DNA of 64,000 bases, taken from assembly GCA_964016885.1 (NCBI GenBank), contig OZ024744.1, positions 96,410,001 through 96,474,000 of the forward strand, read 5' to 3'. The position numbers were made by a program, and so were the translations under genes. Numbering within the stretch: position 1 is the stretch's first letter; each line of letters starts with the position of its first letter. The notes under the pieces are model-generated. The model had not been told where the DNA came from. It saw only the letters and a list, made by a program, of their open reading frames with translations, and did not search any database. This document shows, one piece after another, positions 42,290-56,000 of this stretch. The DNA is from Eledone cirrhosa. Lineage: Eukaryota.

Positions 42290-43022
42290 TAATGGTGGTC
42301 GTGATGATGGTGATGATGGTGTTTATGTTGTTGATGATGATGGTGATGGTAATGGTGGTCGTGATGATGGTGATGTTGGCGTTTATGTTGTTGATGATGA
42401 TGATGGTAATGGTGGTGATGATGGTGTTTATGTTGTTGATGATGATGATGGTAATGGCGGTCGTGATGATGGTGATGTTGGCGTTTATGTTGATGATGAT
42501 GATGATGGTAATGGTGGTCCTGATGATGGTGATGTTGGCGTATATGTTGATGATGATGATGATGGTAATGGTGGTGATGATGGTGATGTTGGCGTTTATG
42601 TTGATGATGATGATGATGGTAATGGTGGTGATGATGGTGATGTTGGCGTTTATGTTGATGATGATGATGATGGTAATGGTGGTGATGATGGTGATGTTGG
42701 CGTTTATGTTGATGATGATGATGATGGTAATGGTGGTCCTGATGATGGTGATGTTGGCGTATATGTTGATGATGATGATGATGGTAATGGTGGTGATGAT
42801 GGTGATGTTGGCGTTTATGTTGATGATGATGATGATGGTAATGGTGGTCCTGATGATGGTGATGTTGGCGTTTATGTTGATGATGATGATGATGGTAATG
42901 GTGGTGATGATGGTGATGTTGGCGTTTATGTTGTTGATGATGATGATGGTAATGGTGGTCCTGATGATGGTGATGTTGGCGTATATGTTGTTGATGATGA
43001 TGATGGTAATGGTGGTGATGAT
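42185..43022 (+). repeat. GAT-rich minisatellite of about 57-66-bp units built from trinucleotides
   Basis: GATGGTGATGTTGGCGTTTATGTT(GAT)n GGTAATGGTGGT repeats; ORFs are artefacts. Confidence 0.92.
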
Positions 43023-43244
43023 AATAACATCAGTTAAATAAACTGAAAGGAAGTGGAATGTATACCGGAAGCAAGTAAACAATTAACATTTTAATTATGA
43101 ATATATATATATATATATATATCGATACACACACACGCACTCACTCACGCGCACACACGCACACATATATATATATATTGATCGTATATCTATTTATATC
43201 GATATATATCTATATCAATCTATCTACCTATCTATATATACATT

Positions 43245-43299
<55 letters not shown>

Positions 43300-43312
43300 G
43301 TATGTACACACA

Positions 43313-43378
<66 letters not shown>

Positions 43379-43476
43379 GGTCTATCTTTTAGATGTTATT
43401 TGGTTTCGTATCAAAAGTACTCAATCCTGATTTTCTCTATCATATTTTTTCCATTATTTTGGTGGATTGGCAAGGT

Positions 43477-43666
43477 CGGTGGATTGGCAGTGTCGGTAGA
43501 GGGTCGGACGCTATGCTTTGACGCATAGAGTTACGGCCCTTGCCATTCTGATTTCAAATCCAGCCGAAGTTAACTTTGCCTTTCATCCTTACTGAGTCGA
43601 TAAAATAAAGTACCTGTAATGTACTGGATTAATTACTGGCCTTGTGCCAAAAGTAGAAACAATTAT
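43477..43666 (+). mobile_element. tRNA-derived SINE
   Basis: Match to the consensus. Confidence 0.85.
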
Positions 43667-44126
43667 TTTGTTAGTTTGTTTATATGTTTGTCTATAATTT
43701 TTTTCATTGCATTTGCTTCCATTTATTCATTTATTATTATATATTGTTGCCATATTTTTCAATTGCATTTCGATTTATCTAGAAATTACGAGTCCAAGCA
43801 AAATAAAATAAAAAAGAGAACCAAATAAAAAAACAAGAAAGAAAAAAATTACAGGATAACAAGTCACACTATTTATTTAAATATGATGAAAAAGGTAATT
43901 TATTTTAAAACAGTGGAAATATATCTATAAAGATATAAGAAGAAAACAAATTAAAGAAAAAGAAAAAGGAAAGAAGGTTTAAAACATTTTTATTTCCTAG
44001 CCGGAAGTGTGACTTTATTCTGTGACTTTTTTGTTTCTTATGATTTAGTACTTTCCGTTTCACCAGAAATATAGTTATATAGATATAGTTCTGATTTGCT
44101 CGTTATCAAGATTGCACCAGATACTC

Positions 44127-44182
<56 letters not shown>

Positions 44183-44303
44183 GGAGGTGAGTTTTATTGT
44201 AGCACAATAAAGCAATGCAAATTTAGGATAAGTAGCACTCTACAGTTTGTAGGATTGGATAATAAATAATATAAGATCAAAAGGTGGTTAAAAGAGTTCC
44301 AAG

Positions 44304-44374
44304 TATTTTATTATGCGCATTTCAAAAACAAATATCATCATAAGATGATATCTGCGTTTTCATCAGATAAAATA
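44304..44374 (-). ncRNA. Minimal type-I hammerhead ribozyme, canonical core, in a truncated cassette (44180-44468)
   Basis: Minus strand: TATTTTAT-CTGATGA-AAAcGCAGATATCATC ttat GATGATATTTGTtTTT-GAAA-TGCGCA-TA-ATAAAATA. Confidence 0.85.
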
Positions 44375-44469
44375 GGGATACATGATATGAAGGTTAAAAA
44401 ACACTTGTGAATAGTGAAGTTTTAAATCAACATATCATATGTTGATTTAAAACTTCACTATTCACAAGC

Positions 44470-45262
44470 TATTTATTTAGTTACACGTTTTCCTGAACAA
44501 AGAGGAAATGATGATGGTTTATAAGCTATTTATAGTATGCAGAAACCCCGGAAAAAAAAAACGTTAGTCTGCCCTGATTTTCATAGCATTATCATCCTTT
44601 CTTTCTTTACCAATTCATCAGAGAACGATTTCTCATTTATCCAAAGCTAGCGAAGCTGACCAACTTTACTGGCCACAAAGAATAAAATGGGTGGTTTAAC
44701 CACACTGTCTATTTTTCCACAGCAAAACAAACATAAAAAAAAACGTGTGTTTACTAAAAACAAACGGCATAAGTCTACCTACCATACATCTGTATTTATA
44801 ACAAAACAAAAACATTGTGTATAGCTTCTATTAATTAATTCATACCAGTTGCCAACAATTGCACTGTAACGCATATTTAGGCAGATCAATTTTGCTGTGC
44901 CCGAGTTAGTTTATGCTATAAATAACCGCAAACTACTATTTTGTCTAATGTTCAGAAAGAAAAGAAAAAACGAGTAAAAAGTTCTTTGATGAAACAATTA
45001 AATACTCTGAACTATTTAGGCCAATCTCACATTCTCTGGTCGGGTCTGATAGGGGAAAAAATCTCATATGCATTTTACATGTGATGGGCGATATCTATAG
45101 ACTCTATGAGAAGCAGGTGAAATTCCAGAGTAACAAGACTAATTATTTAGCCTTAATAAAATGAATATATATATATATGATACATAAATATATATATATG
45201 TAATTATATGTACATGTATATAGATATATATGTGTGTGTGTGTATGTATGTGCGGGTATGTG

Positions 45263-45309
<47 letters not shown>

Positions 45310-45769
45310 TGCCTTGACAAAGGCTAAGGGGTCATCTCTCCCGGTGATTTTGGATGGCCATTGACTCTTAAGAGCTCCTTTGAATTCTAGGAGAAGGAAA
45401 ACTCTGATATAACACCTGCAACCCTGATGGTATCCAATGATGTTGAGTTGTTCTTCTTTTTGGTAAAAATCATCTTAGTTAAGAGAGTGGGGCTGGCTTT
45501 GTGCAGTGCCTTTGCTCACTATAAAAGCTTCACGGCACAGGCATTGCTTTATATCTGGAGATCTCTCTGCACTTGTCGTCACATGGTACCATGGGCCCAG
45601 CACTATGTGTCAATAATTGTCACAGGTGTAGTGTTTGTACCAGAGTTTTCAAGTCGCTGGCTGGACTAAAAGTCACACTTGTTTAGCGCATCGGTAAGGG
45701 TTCTCCTACATGGATATAAAGTAGTGGCCGTACTCGAAAACGAGTTGGCAGCCACCATATATATATATC

Positions 45770-45811
<42 letters not shown>

Positions 45812-45971
45812 GCGAAGGAAAAGTGGTAAGGAACCAGGTGGACCATAACGCACCAAAGTACTCAATACTTAGGGTAGTAGAGTGGGTAATAGGAGTAAGT
45901 AAGACCCCGACGGCTGAGCTCAAGCCGTTTCGACGGCTAATTCTGTACGGTTCCTTACCACTTTTCCTTCG

Positions 45972-46020
<49 letters not shown>

Positions 46021-46480
46021 GATATATATATATGGTGGCTGCCAACTCGTTTTCGAGTACGGCCACTACTTTATATCCATGTAGGAGAACCCTTACCGAT
46101 GCGCTAAACAAGTGTGACTTTTAGTCCAGCCAGCGACTTGAAAACTCTGGTACAAACACTACACCTGTGACAATTATTGACACATAGTGCTGGGCCCATG
46201 GTACCATGTGACGACAAGTGCAGAGAGATCTCCAGATATAAAGCAATGCCTGTGCCGTGAAGCTTTTATAGTGAGCAAAGGCACTGCACAAAGCCAGCCC
46301 CACTCTCTTAACTAAGATGATTTTTACCAAAAAGAAGAACAACTCAACATCATTGGATACCATCAGGGTTGCAGGTGTTATATCAGAGTTTTCCTTCTCC
46401 TAGAATTCAAAGGAGCTCTTAAGAGTCAATGGCCATCCAAAATCACCGGGAGAGATGACCCCTTAGCCTTTGTCAAGGCA

Positions 46481-46527
<47 letters not shown>

Positions 46528-47319
46528 CACATACCCGCACATACATACACACACACACATATATATCTATATACATGTACATATAATTACATATATATAT
46601 ATTTATGTATCATATATATATATATTCATTTTATTAAGGCTAAATAATTAGTCTTGTTACTCTGGAATTTCACCTGCTTCTCATAGAGTCTATAGATATC
46701 GCCCATCACATGTAAAATGCATATGAGATTTTTTCCCCTATCAGACCCGACCAGAGAATGTGAGATTGGCCTAAATAGTTCAGAGTATTTAATTGTTTCA
46801 TCAAAGAACTTTTTACTCGTTTTTTCTTTTCTTTCTGAACATTAGACAAAATAGTAGTTTGCGGTTATTTATAGCATAAACTAACTCGGGCACAGCAAAA
46901 TTGATCTGCCTAAATATGCGTTACAGTGCAATTGTTGGCAACTGGTATGAATTAATTAATAGAAGCTATACACAATGTTTTTGTTTTGTTATAAATACAG
47001 ATGTATGGTAGGTAGACTTATGCCGTTTGTTTTTAGTAAACACACGTTTTTTTTATGTTTGTTTTGCTGTGGAAAAATAGACAGTGTGGTTAAACCACCC
47101 ATTTTATTCTTTGTGGCCAGTAAAGTTGGTCAGCTTCGCTAGCTTTGGATAAATGAGAAATCGTTCTCTGATGAATTGGTAAAGAAAGAAAGGATGATAA
47201 TGCTATGAAAATCAGGGCAGACTAACGTTTTTTTTTTCCGGGGTTTCTGCATACTATAAATAGCTTATAAACCATCATCATTTCCTCTTTGTTCAGGAAA
47301 ACGTGTAACTAAATAAATA
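44470..47319. repeat. Long inverted duplication with arms of about 1.37 kb
   Basis: 44470-45836 is the reverse complement of 45949-47319, apparently differing only in homopolymer and microsatellite lengths. Confidence 0.95.
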
Positions 47320-47779
47320 TCTAACAAAGCAGTAAAGAACTCCAAAACTAGTCAGCTTGATCTCATTTTTTTTCTGGCAACATGAGAAAAAAACGTAGTT
47401 TTCATTACGAGTTTAAAAATGTATATAAAATATGTGTTTATATCACTTTTTACGGTGTTCTTATATCAACAACATTTTCATATATATTTTATTTTATTCT
47501 AATATTTTAAAAGAAAAAAGGACACATATATATGTATGTTTGTGTGTACACACAAATATACATTCACACACACACATACACGCACATATATACACACACA
47601 TGTATATATATATCTATATATATATATATATCGACAGTCGATCGACTTTCGTCAAATCGGACCGATGAAACAATGTTTCCGTTGGTCTTTCCAATTGCTA
47701 ATACTATCTATCGGTCGCAACTCCATGTAGATGAAGCAACGTGAAATAAAGTGGCCCGTTGAATTACAGGCACTATTCG

Positions 47780-47941
47780 TCCGACAGGCTTCCGCATAGT
47801 TTCTGCCAACCCAATTTCATTAACAAGGCATGGGTCATTTCGAGACTATGGTAAAGACACATATCCAGGATAGCACGCAGAGCAATCGAAATTGGATTCC
47901 ATGATTGCGAAGCGAACTTCTTAACTACTCAGCCATGCCTG
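47780..47941 (-). mobile_element. Degenerate tRNA-derived SINE, second family
   Basis: Minus strand: AGGCATGGCTGAGTAGTTAAGAAG...GAAACTATGCGGAAGCCTGTCG. Confidence 0.6.
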
Positions 47942-47943
47942 TA

Positions 47944-48222
47944 GAGGTACGTGGCCTAGTGGTAAGGGTGTTGGACATACGATCATAATGTCATGGGTTC
48001 AATTCCTGAACTGGGTTGTGTTGTGTTCTTGAGCAAATCACTTCATTTCACATTGCTCCAGTATACTCAACTGAATGTGAGTATCAGCAATAGCTGGTGG
48101 TTTAAACCTACGATGGCCTGGCGTGCTATCCAGGAGGGAGTCTTGTACTCTCTGTCGCTTCACGCTACGAACACCAGGATAAGCACCGGTCTGATGAGCA
48201 CCGAGGCTCGAGACAGACTTTA
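47944..48222 (+). mobile_element. V-SINE-like tRNA-derived SINE
   Basis: TGGCCTAGTGGTAAG A-box, GGTTCAATTCC B-box, GTGTTCTTGAGCAA, CGATGGCCTGGCG..ATCCAGG, GCTTCACGCTAC. Confidence 0.7.
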
Positions 48223-48409
48223 GTCCTACCTGTGTCCACATGATAGATATATACACAATGTTTTAGTTTTGTTATAAATACAGATGTATGGTAGGTAGAC
48301 TTATGCCGTTTGTTTTTAGTAAACACACGTTTTTTTATGTTTGTTTTGCTGTGGAAAATAGACAGTGTGGTTAAACCACCCATTTTATTCTTTGTGGCCA
48401 GTAAATTTG

Positions 48410-48988
48410 TATAGATATATTTGTTATACGATATACAAACATAGAAGGAATCTCTATGAATATTCTCTGACCCGTGTCCACATGATAGATATATTTGTTA
48501 TACGATATATAAACATAGAAGGAATCTCTATGAATATTCTCTGGCCTGTGTCCACATGATAGATATATTTGTTATACGATATACAAATATAGAAGGTATA
48601 TCTATGAATATTCTCTGGTCTGTGTCCACATGATAGATATATTTGTTATACGATATACAAATATAGAAGGTATATCTATGAATATTCTCTGGTCTGTGTC
48701 CACATGATAGATATATTTGTTATACGATATATAAACATAGAAGGTATATCTATGAATATTCTCTGGTCTGTGTCCACATGATAGATATATTTGTTATACG
48801 ATATACAAATATAGAAGGTATATCTATGAATATTCTCTGGTCTGTGTCCACATGATAGATATATTTGTTATACGATATACAAACATAGAAGGAATCTCTA
48901 TGAATATTCTCTGGCCTGTGTCCACATGATAGATATATTTGTTATACGATATACAAACATAGAAGGTATATCTTTGAATAGTCTCTGG
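48410..48988 (+). repeat. 74-bp tandem repeat, about 7.8 copies
   Basis: GTGTCCACATG at 48474, 48548, 48622, 48696, 48770, 48844 and 48918. Confidence 0.96.
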
Positions 48989-50421
48989 TATATTAGTCAA
49001 ATATATAATCCTAGGTTGTTTTAAAAAACGATTCTTACAGTAACTCAATTAACATATATCTTTTAATAGAAAGTCGGTGGATGTGATGTGAATTTTAGAA
49101 GAGTTAAGCCTATTTTTAGATGGCAATTCAATTATACACAATGAACTGAATAATGAAAAATTCATTAAACATTCCATACTAGCCGTTTACTGATTGGTCA
49201 AGTCGAAATGATCAAGTCAAGAATATATCAGACTACTATTTCATAATAGGTTACGAGTTCGTATCCTCTCTGGGCAATTTGTTGTACAAGGTTTTTTTCA
49301 GGGATACATGTCTTCCATTTTCTATCTGATTGTTAACATAAAAGGGAGTAGAAAACAACATCACCAGCAATATGACCACTCTTTGTTAATCTAATATATA
49401 TATAAAATATAAATCATAACGAGTCTCCCTTGAGATTATGGATCACTACTGCGCTATTGTTCATAAATGAATGCTATAATTTATATATATAGATATATAT
49501 TCATTAGTTAAGCAAAACAAGACCACAAATCTCACAAAGAAGACATTATTAAAATATTGTCAACATATTTTAGTTTGATGTAAGGAATGTAGAGAATAAT
49601 AATAATAATATTAATAATAATAATGTCCGTTTACAATTGGTTCGCTACTCCATATAATATTTCTGGATCAGATGACTATATATCATTATTGATTTGGTTC
49701 AGTTGAAAATAATTAACACATTTAAAAACAGAGCGGCTCATCGGAACTCCATCTCTCTCTTTAAGATTGGTTACTCTTGAACTGTGTATATATATATATA
49801 TATATATATTCAACCCTGTCCGTCCCTTCAATCTATCTACTATCTAATTTCTTATTCTTTCTTCTGAAGAAGGAATAGCATCCGATACGTTAAGACCCTC
49901 TTCATGCTATTCCAAGCGATAACCTAATATATTCCTTCTATATACTGTACCAATTGTATTGTTATTTCTGTTTACCTTTTAAACACACACACACACATAT
50001 ATCAGATAGGGTCTGGTAAAATTCCGTTATAGAAAATACCATTATAATAAAGTTTTCAATATAATGACATTTTTTTCAATCCCCAGCCACGTACTCGATC
50101 TCGTTATAAAGAATTTTTCATTACAAAGATCTTTTCTACACCCTGTGCATTATTTCTCATTCTTTCTTCTGATGAAGGACTAGCTCTCCAAAGAAATACG
50201 ATTTTAGGAAGCCGTAGCTATGCAAACTCCGGGGGGGGGGGGGGCGGCTAACGCCCTCTGGTGATGTCCAGAAATGCATAGACTGTTGTCCCCCTTGCTT
50301 CTGCTGGACATCACCAGAGGGTTTGCATAGCTACGGCTTCCTAAAACCGTATTTCTTTGGAGATACGAAATATTTATACATATTGTATTAAGCTATGCTT
50401 GAAGCGAAATGCTATTTCTTT

Positions 50422-50453
<32 letters not shown>

Positions 50454-50556
50454 TATATATACATATACATATATATATACATATATACATATATACATAT
50501 ACATATATATATATATAACCTGAGATAAATAATCCCTTTCTATTGTTAATAATCAG

Positions 50557-50599
50557 ACCGGGCTGATGATCCGCATAAGGTGAAACATTGGTTCTCGGT
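50557..50599 (+). ncRNA. Probable minimal hammerhead
   Basis: ACCGGG-CTGATGA-tCC gcataa GGt-GAAAC ATTG GTT-CTCGGT; weak stem II. Confidence 0.55.
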
Positions 50600-50669
50600 A
50601 TGGTGAACTAACAGTCGTGGAACTACACACACACACACATATATATGTATATATATATACATATATATG

Positions 50670-50711
<42 letters not shown>

Positions 50712-50759
50712 GTATTGGTCCTCTGACGCAGTTACTAAAGTAAATTTGACAGCTTGAAA

Positions 50760-50958
50760 TAATAATTGTTTCTAATTTTGGCACAAGGCCAGCAATAATT
50801 CCAGTGTATTACTGGTACTTTATTTTATCGACCCCGTAAGGATGAAAGGCAAAGTTAACCGCGGCGGGATTTGAACTCAGACCATAAAAGGCCGTAACTC
50901 TTTTCTTTGCTGCAAAGCATGGCGTCCGACCCTCTACCGATACTGCCAATCCACCACC
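50760..50958 (-). mobile_element. tRNA-derived SINE
   Basis: Match to the consensus. Confidence 0.85.
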
Positions 50959-51369
50959 CTTTGTCTTTCTAAATAATGAAATTATATGTTTTAAAACTCC
51001 GCTCAGTTATGGTGATGACTCGGAAACAGGGTTCACCTGAACTATTCCGTTTATCCTCGGATTAATTTGGTTTTGGGTGCATTTTAAACAAATTTAGTTA
51101 TATTATCATGCTATCGACAAAATGTTATTGGAATTAACTTAAATATTTACGACCTTGTTTTTCATTTAATTTATATGGAGTAACATACAAAACGAGCAAG
51201 AATTGACTCCATTTTACAATCCCAAATTTACAACATATCAAACTAAACATTTCAATGGTAATATTGTTGTAGATACAAAATTAAGGAGTACTTCGGACTC
51301 CCTAAAGAGTTAAATAATCACACCAACTACTTGTCAGCATCCTTCACTCTCTATATCACGAGTTATAAT

Positions 51370-51718
51370 GATAGGTCATACTGTAATTCGTCCTTCCTTA
51401 CCAAAGACAAGGGGACACATACCCACTTCTAAAACGTCTAATGCCTGTCTCGAACGCTGGCATTCATCAGGCTGGTGCTTATCCCAGTATATATGGCGTG
51501 AAGCAGCCGAGAGTTCAAAACTCACCCACTCCGGACACGACGCCAGTCCATCGCAGGGATAAATACCCATCTACTGTTAATGCTCCTTTTCAGTTGAAAA
51601 TATAGGAGCAATGTGAAAATGAAATGCTTTTCCTCAAGAACACAACATACAACCCAGTCCAAGAATCGAACCTACGACATTTTAATCGTAAGTCCAACAC
51701 CCTTATCACGCGCCTCCA
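51370..51718 (-). mobile_element. V-SINE-like SINE, same family as 47944-48222
   Basis: Minus strand: GGTTCGATTC B-box and CCTGCGATGGACTGGCG. Confidence 0.68.
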
Positions 51719-52007
51719 TTAGGCCACGGGTTTTCACTAGGCACATACCTACTTCGGCTAGATATAGATACTCAGCATTTTAATTGTAAGTCCAACACCC
51801 GTATCACGCGTCTTCACAAGGCACATACCCACTTCGGTTAGTTGTAAATACGTAGCTGATGTAAATAAAATACAAAGGCACTTTTCGTTAGTTTTCTGAG
51901 CAACATAAATAAACTTATTAGCAAGCAGCGTCCGTTTTAGGAGGAGCGTCTCTTTTAGAACTAAATTGAGCGAAAATTGGAAGCGGGAAGATAAAACATT
52001 ATTAGAA

Positions 52008-53020
52008 GGTTAACTTTGCCTTTTATCCTTACGGGGTCGATAAAATAAAGTACCAGTAATACACTGGGATAATTGCTGGCCTTGTGCCAAAAGTAGAAAC
52101 AGTTATTAGAAATAAATCATTAAAATATAATGTTTATCTTTAACCAATTAGACGTGTCAGTAACCAACATAACCTATAGGGTTTCTCTTGTGCAAACTAT
52201 TAATTTATCATTTATACATGTCAGCAATCAACATAACTATATGCTGATTGCTAACATTGCAAAAAATTAAGTATGTTGAACGTTATTGTCGTCTTTATTG
52301 ACGACACGGACACACTAGTTACATAATGGTCTAATTTATTGGCCAGAATAAAAATTTATTGGCCAAATAAAAATGTATTGCTTTACTAGTAGATATATAT
52401 AATTTGTTTAACGTAAAAGTTTTATTATTTATATTAAAAGTTATTATTTATATTAAAAGATCAAATCTTGTCGTGGGAATCGTATTAGGGCGGGGAATTG
52501 GCAGTATCGGTAGAGGGTCGGACGCCATGCTTTGACGCATAGAGTTACGGCCCTTGCCATTCTGAGTTCAAATCCCGTCGAGGTTAACTTTGGCTTTCCT
52601 CCTAACGGGGGTCAATAAAATAAAGTACCAGTAATACACTGGTATAATTGCTGGCCTTGTGCCTATAGTAGAAACAATTATTTATATTAAAAGTTTTATT
52701 ATTTATATTGTTTAATAATTGTTTCTACGTTTGGTACAAGGCCATTAATTATCCCAGTGTATTACTGGTGCTTTATTTCATCGACCCCGTAAGGATGAAA
52801 GGCAAAGTTAACCTCGACAGGATTTGAACTCAGACCGCAAAGGGCCGTAACTCCATGTTGCAAAGCATGGCGTCTGACCCTCTACCGATACTGCCAATCC
52901 ACGGGCATAATAATAATAATAATTGTTTCTACTTTAGGCACAAGGCCAGCAATTACCCAGTGCATTACTGGTACTGTATTTTATAATTGTTTCTACTTTT
53001 GGCACAAGGCCAGCAATTAT
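52008..53020. mobile_element. SINE cluster including a tail-to-tail inverted pair (52489-52682 plus; 52714-52905 minus)
   Basis: Matches to the consensus. Confidence 0.85.
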
Positions 53021-53021
53021 C

Positions 53022-56000
53022 CCAAAGTAGACATTAAGGACAGTACAGGACAATACAGTACGGTACAAATGGACATTTCTGCGTGTAAAAAGACAAAAAA
53101 ACAGGGGATGTAACAAAAAACTAATGAAAAATTCCCCAATAGGAGGGAGACTTCCGAGGGCCATCGTGCAGAAAGCCCATTAGAAAAAGCCACGGTGACT
53201 CTGACCACCAGGGCAAGTGCCCTCTCCCAGTTTTCCACCTTCAATTACAGGCACATACTCAGAGTAGGCCCATTCATTCGGGCCATACTTGCTTCTCTCA
53301 CCCATCTTTCAACAAAAAGCTGGGAAGACAGTACTTCCCTCTCTACCCTGATTTTCCTTTTCAAATGAAATTGGAAAAAGTTAATCAGGGCATCACCGAA
53401 GAGGTAAGTGCTCGTCTTCAGCCCTTTCAGGCGCATCCACTATACTATCTCTTTCGCCATGGCCACCAGAGAGATAAAAACTGCCTGCCCTTCCCGGCTA
53501 AAGCAAGAGGGCGAGGTAATCCTCACGATGGACTCAGCTGATAGTCGGATCCGTTCTACACGTGACAGCAGGTGTTCGACATAAACCTACAAGTCAGCAA
53601 TGCTCGAACACTGGACGAGTGCATGCAAGACGGTTTCGTCACCCTGCGCGCATCTCGGACATGCCCGGCTGACGGCACTTCCGTGCCTATATTGTTTATC
53701 CTGAACTGGCTAAGCTCCTCGGTTGCACTGCCAGGCCAGGGATTTCTGGAAATTGTCCATAGGCCCCGGCCCGAAAGTCCTTCCGAAGAGATTGGCTAGT
53801 TGATTTTCGTCGACGCCTAGAGTTTCCCCAAGTACGTCGTCGCTCTTCCCCTCCACTAATCCTATAGAACGCCAAGGTGGAGTTTCCACGATGGTTGAGG
53901 GCCGTGAGCGCCTGAAGACATTCCAGTCTCCAAGCGCTCGCTCTCGGTCTTCGCTTGACCTAGGACTGCAGCTCCGTCAAGGAGACGAGTTGGGGAAAGA
54001 CGCGTCTAGCAAACGGCGACCAGATCTGATCACCGTCGAGGAAGAGGTGGAGATGTCGTAGCCTGAGCCCGTGTCTGCGCATCATCAGCCACGGATATGC
54101 CCAGCCCTCCACGTAGTGGGTGTTGACAGCAGATGGACCGCCTGACCATCGGAGCGCGTCCCTTCCACAAAAAGCGAAAGAGCAAACGCTCGCGTGCAGT
54201 CAGGCGAGGCTTAGGGCAAGGCACGACGGTCAGGCGGTAGTAGATGACGGACGCGATGTACGTATTCGCCACCTCCGCTCGACCTTTCAGGGATGGCTTC
54301 CTCTCTGCCCATTTCTGTGTGAGAGAAGCAACCCTGCTCGTCACCTCGTCCCAGTTTTTGTCCATCTGGAGGGCCGGTCCGTCCCTCCAGCGCCCGACGA
54401 CACTGTTGGACGGCATGGACCTGCCTCTCCAGGTGCCGAGCTGCAGGCCCACCGACTTTTCCTGGTTGATCACTGCTCCTGTCACCGCTTCGTATTCTCT
54501 TAGTGTGGTGCCGATGGCCTCGATGTGTTTGGCGTTCGACACCACTACGGTGACATCGTCCGCATATGCTGATACGGGTCTTCCGCATCCTAGTTCGCGC
54601 GGGACCCCCTCAACGTCTCCAGTTTGTGCAGTAATGGCTCGAGAGTCAATACGTACAAGAGGGACGAGAGGGGACATCCTTGGCGGACCGAGCGCATGAT
54701 GTTGAAAGGTTCCGAAAGGTGACCATTCACTCTCACCACAGAGCAGATGTCGCTGTGCATGGCAGCGATCCAGCCTCTGAAGACGGGCCCAAAGCCAGCC
54801 GCTCTCAGGACTGCCGCCAGATAACGATTGTCGACCCTATCGAAAGCTTTCGACTGATCTAAATTGATCATGGACCCACCCGTGCCAGGTTCCTTAGCTA
54901 CCCTCTCCACGATATATCCATGAGGTGGAGGTTGTCGTGAATGGATCTGTTTGGATTGGCGCATGTCTGCGCCTCTCCCACCAGACCACCAACGACAAGA
55001 GCCAACCTCTTTGCTAGCACCTTGGCCAAAATCTTGAACTCTGTGTTTAGCAGAGTTATAGACCTGAAATTATCTATGTTATCCCCCTCATTTCTCAGCA
55101 GCGCCACCGCTCCTCGGCTCACAGAGCTGGGAATTCTCCCGTTCTGTTACCAGTTGTAGTGGACGTCCGCCAAGAGGCCTCCGAACAAGTCTGGCATCTG
55201 TACGTAAAGTTCATAGAGCAGACCATCCAAACCAGGCGATTTACCCCTTTTGCAGCCAGTCATTGCCTCCCGTATTTCAACTGCTGTTATTGGCTTTTTG
55301 CAACACTCCGCCTCAGTGGCTGAGAGCCTCGGCAGTCCGTCGAGGTACGCACTAAAGTCCATCTCTCGATGCGGCCCGCTGCTGTCCCCGAACAGCTGAT
55401 CGAAGTATCGTTGAAAAGCGTCACACATTTGCCCGGGATCGAGTAGCATGCGCCCGTCGTGGTCCACCAAAGACCGGATCGTGGCTTTGTTGCCACGACG
55501 CGCCTCCGCCACACGACGCGCCTCGTCTAAATTTCTAACTAGTTCTCCCTCTGCTCTATTTTTCTCTATTGCTAAATAAAGCCTTACTAAACCTAATGGA
55601 CTCTATTCTAATCGCTCTTTTCAGAGCAAACCACCACTTGTTGTTGACGATGGCCCCTGTCAAAGCCCGCTTAACTAGTTCGCTAATCCTTTTGGGGCAT
55701 AGGAGGCCACTAGCCTGAAAGCTTGCCCTTCTCTGCTGGTCACGTCCAGTACCACCAACTTACCCTCTGGGTCCAAGAAGACTGGCCGTATCTCGAGATC
55801 CAGACTTCACCGGAACAACACGGCCACCCACCCACCCCTCCGATCCGGGGGGGGGGGGGTATTGGAGATGTGTACACCTCGTAGCCGCCGAAAATAGGTG
55901 CGAATATCTGTGCCTCGGAGATTCTAGTCTCGCTGATGGCCACCACATCTATGTTTAGCGACCTGAAATCGTTCAGCAGGTGGCCCTGCTTCCAAGACGA

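Noticed and set aside
48190-48222. CTGATGAGC..GCTCGAGAC in the SINE tail as a hammerhead
   Set aside because: No GAAA after the stem and no stem I or III; it resembles an ordinary V-SINE tail.
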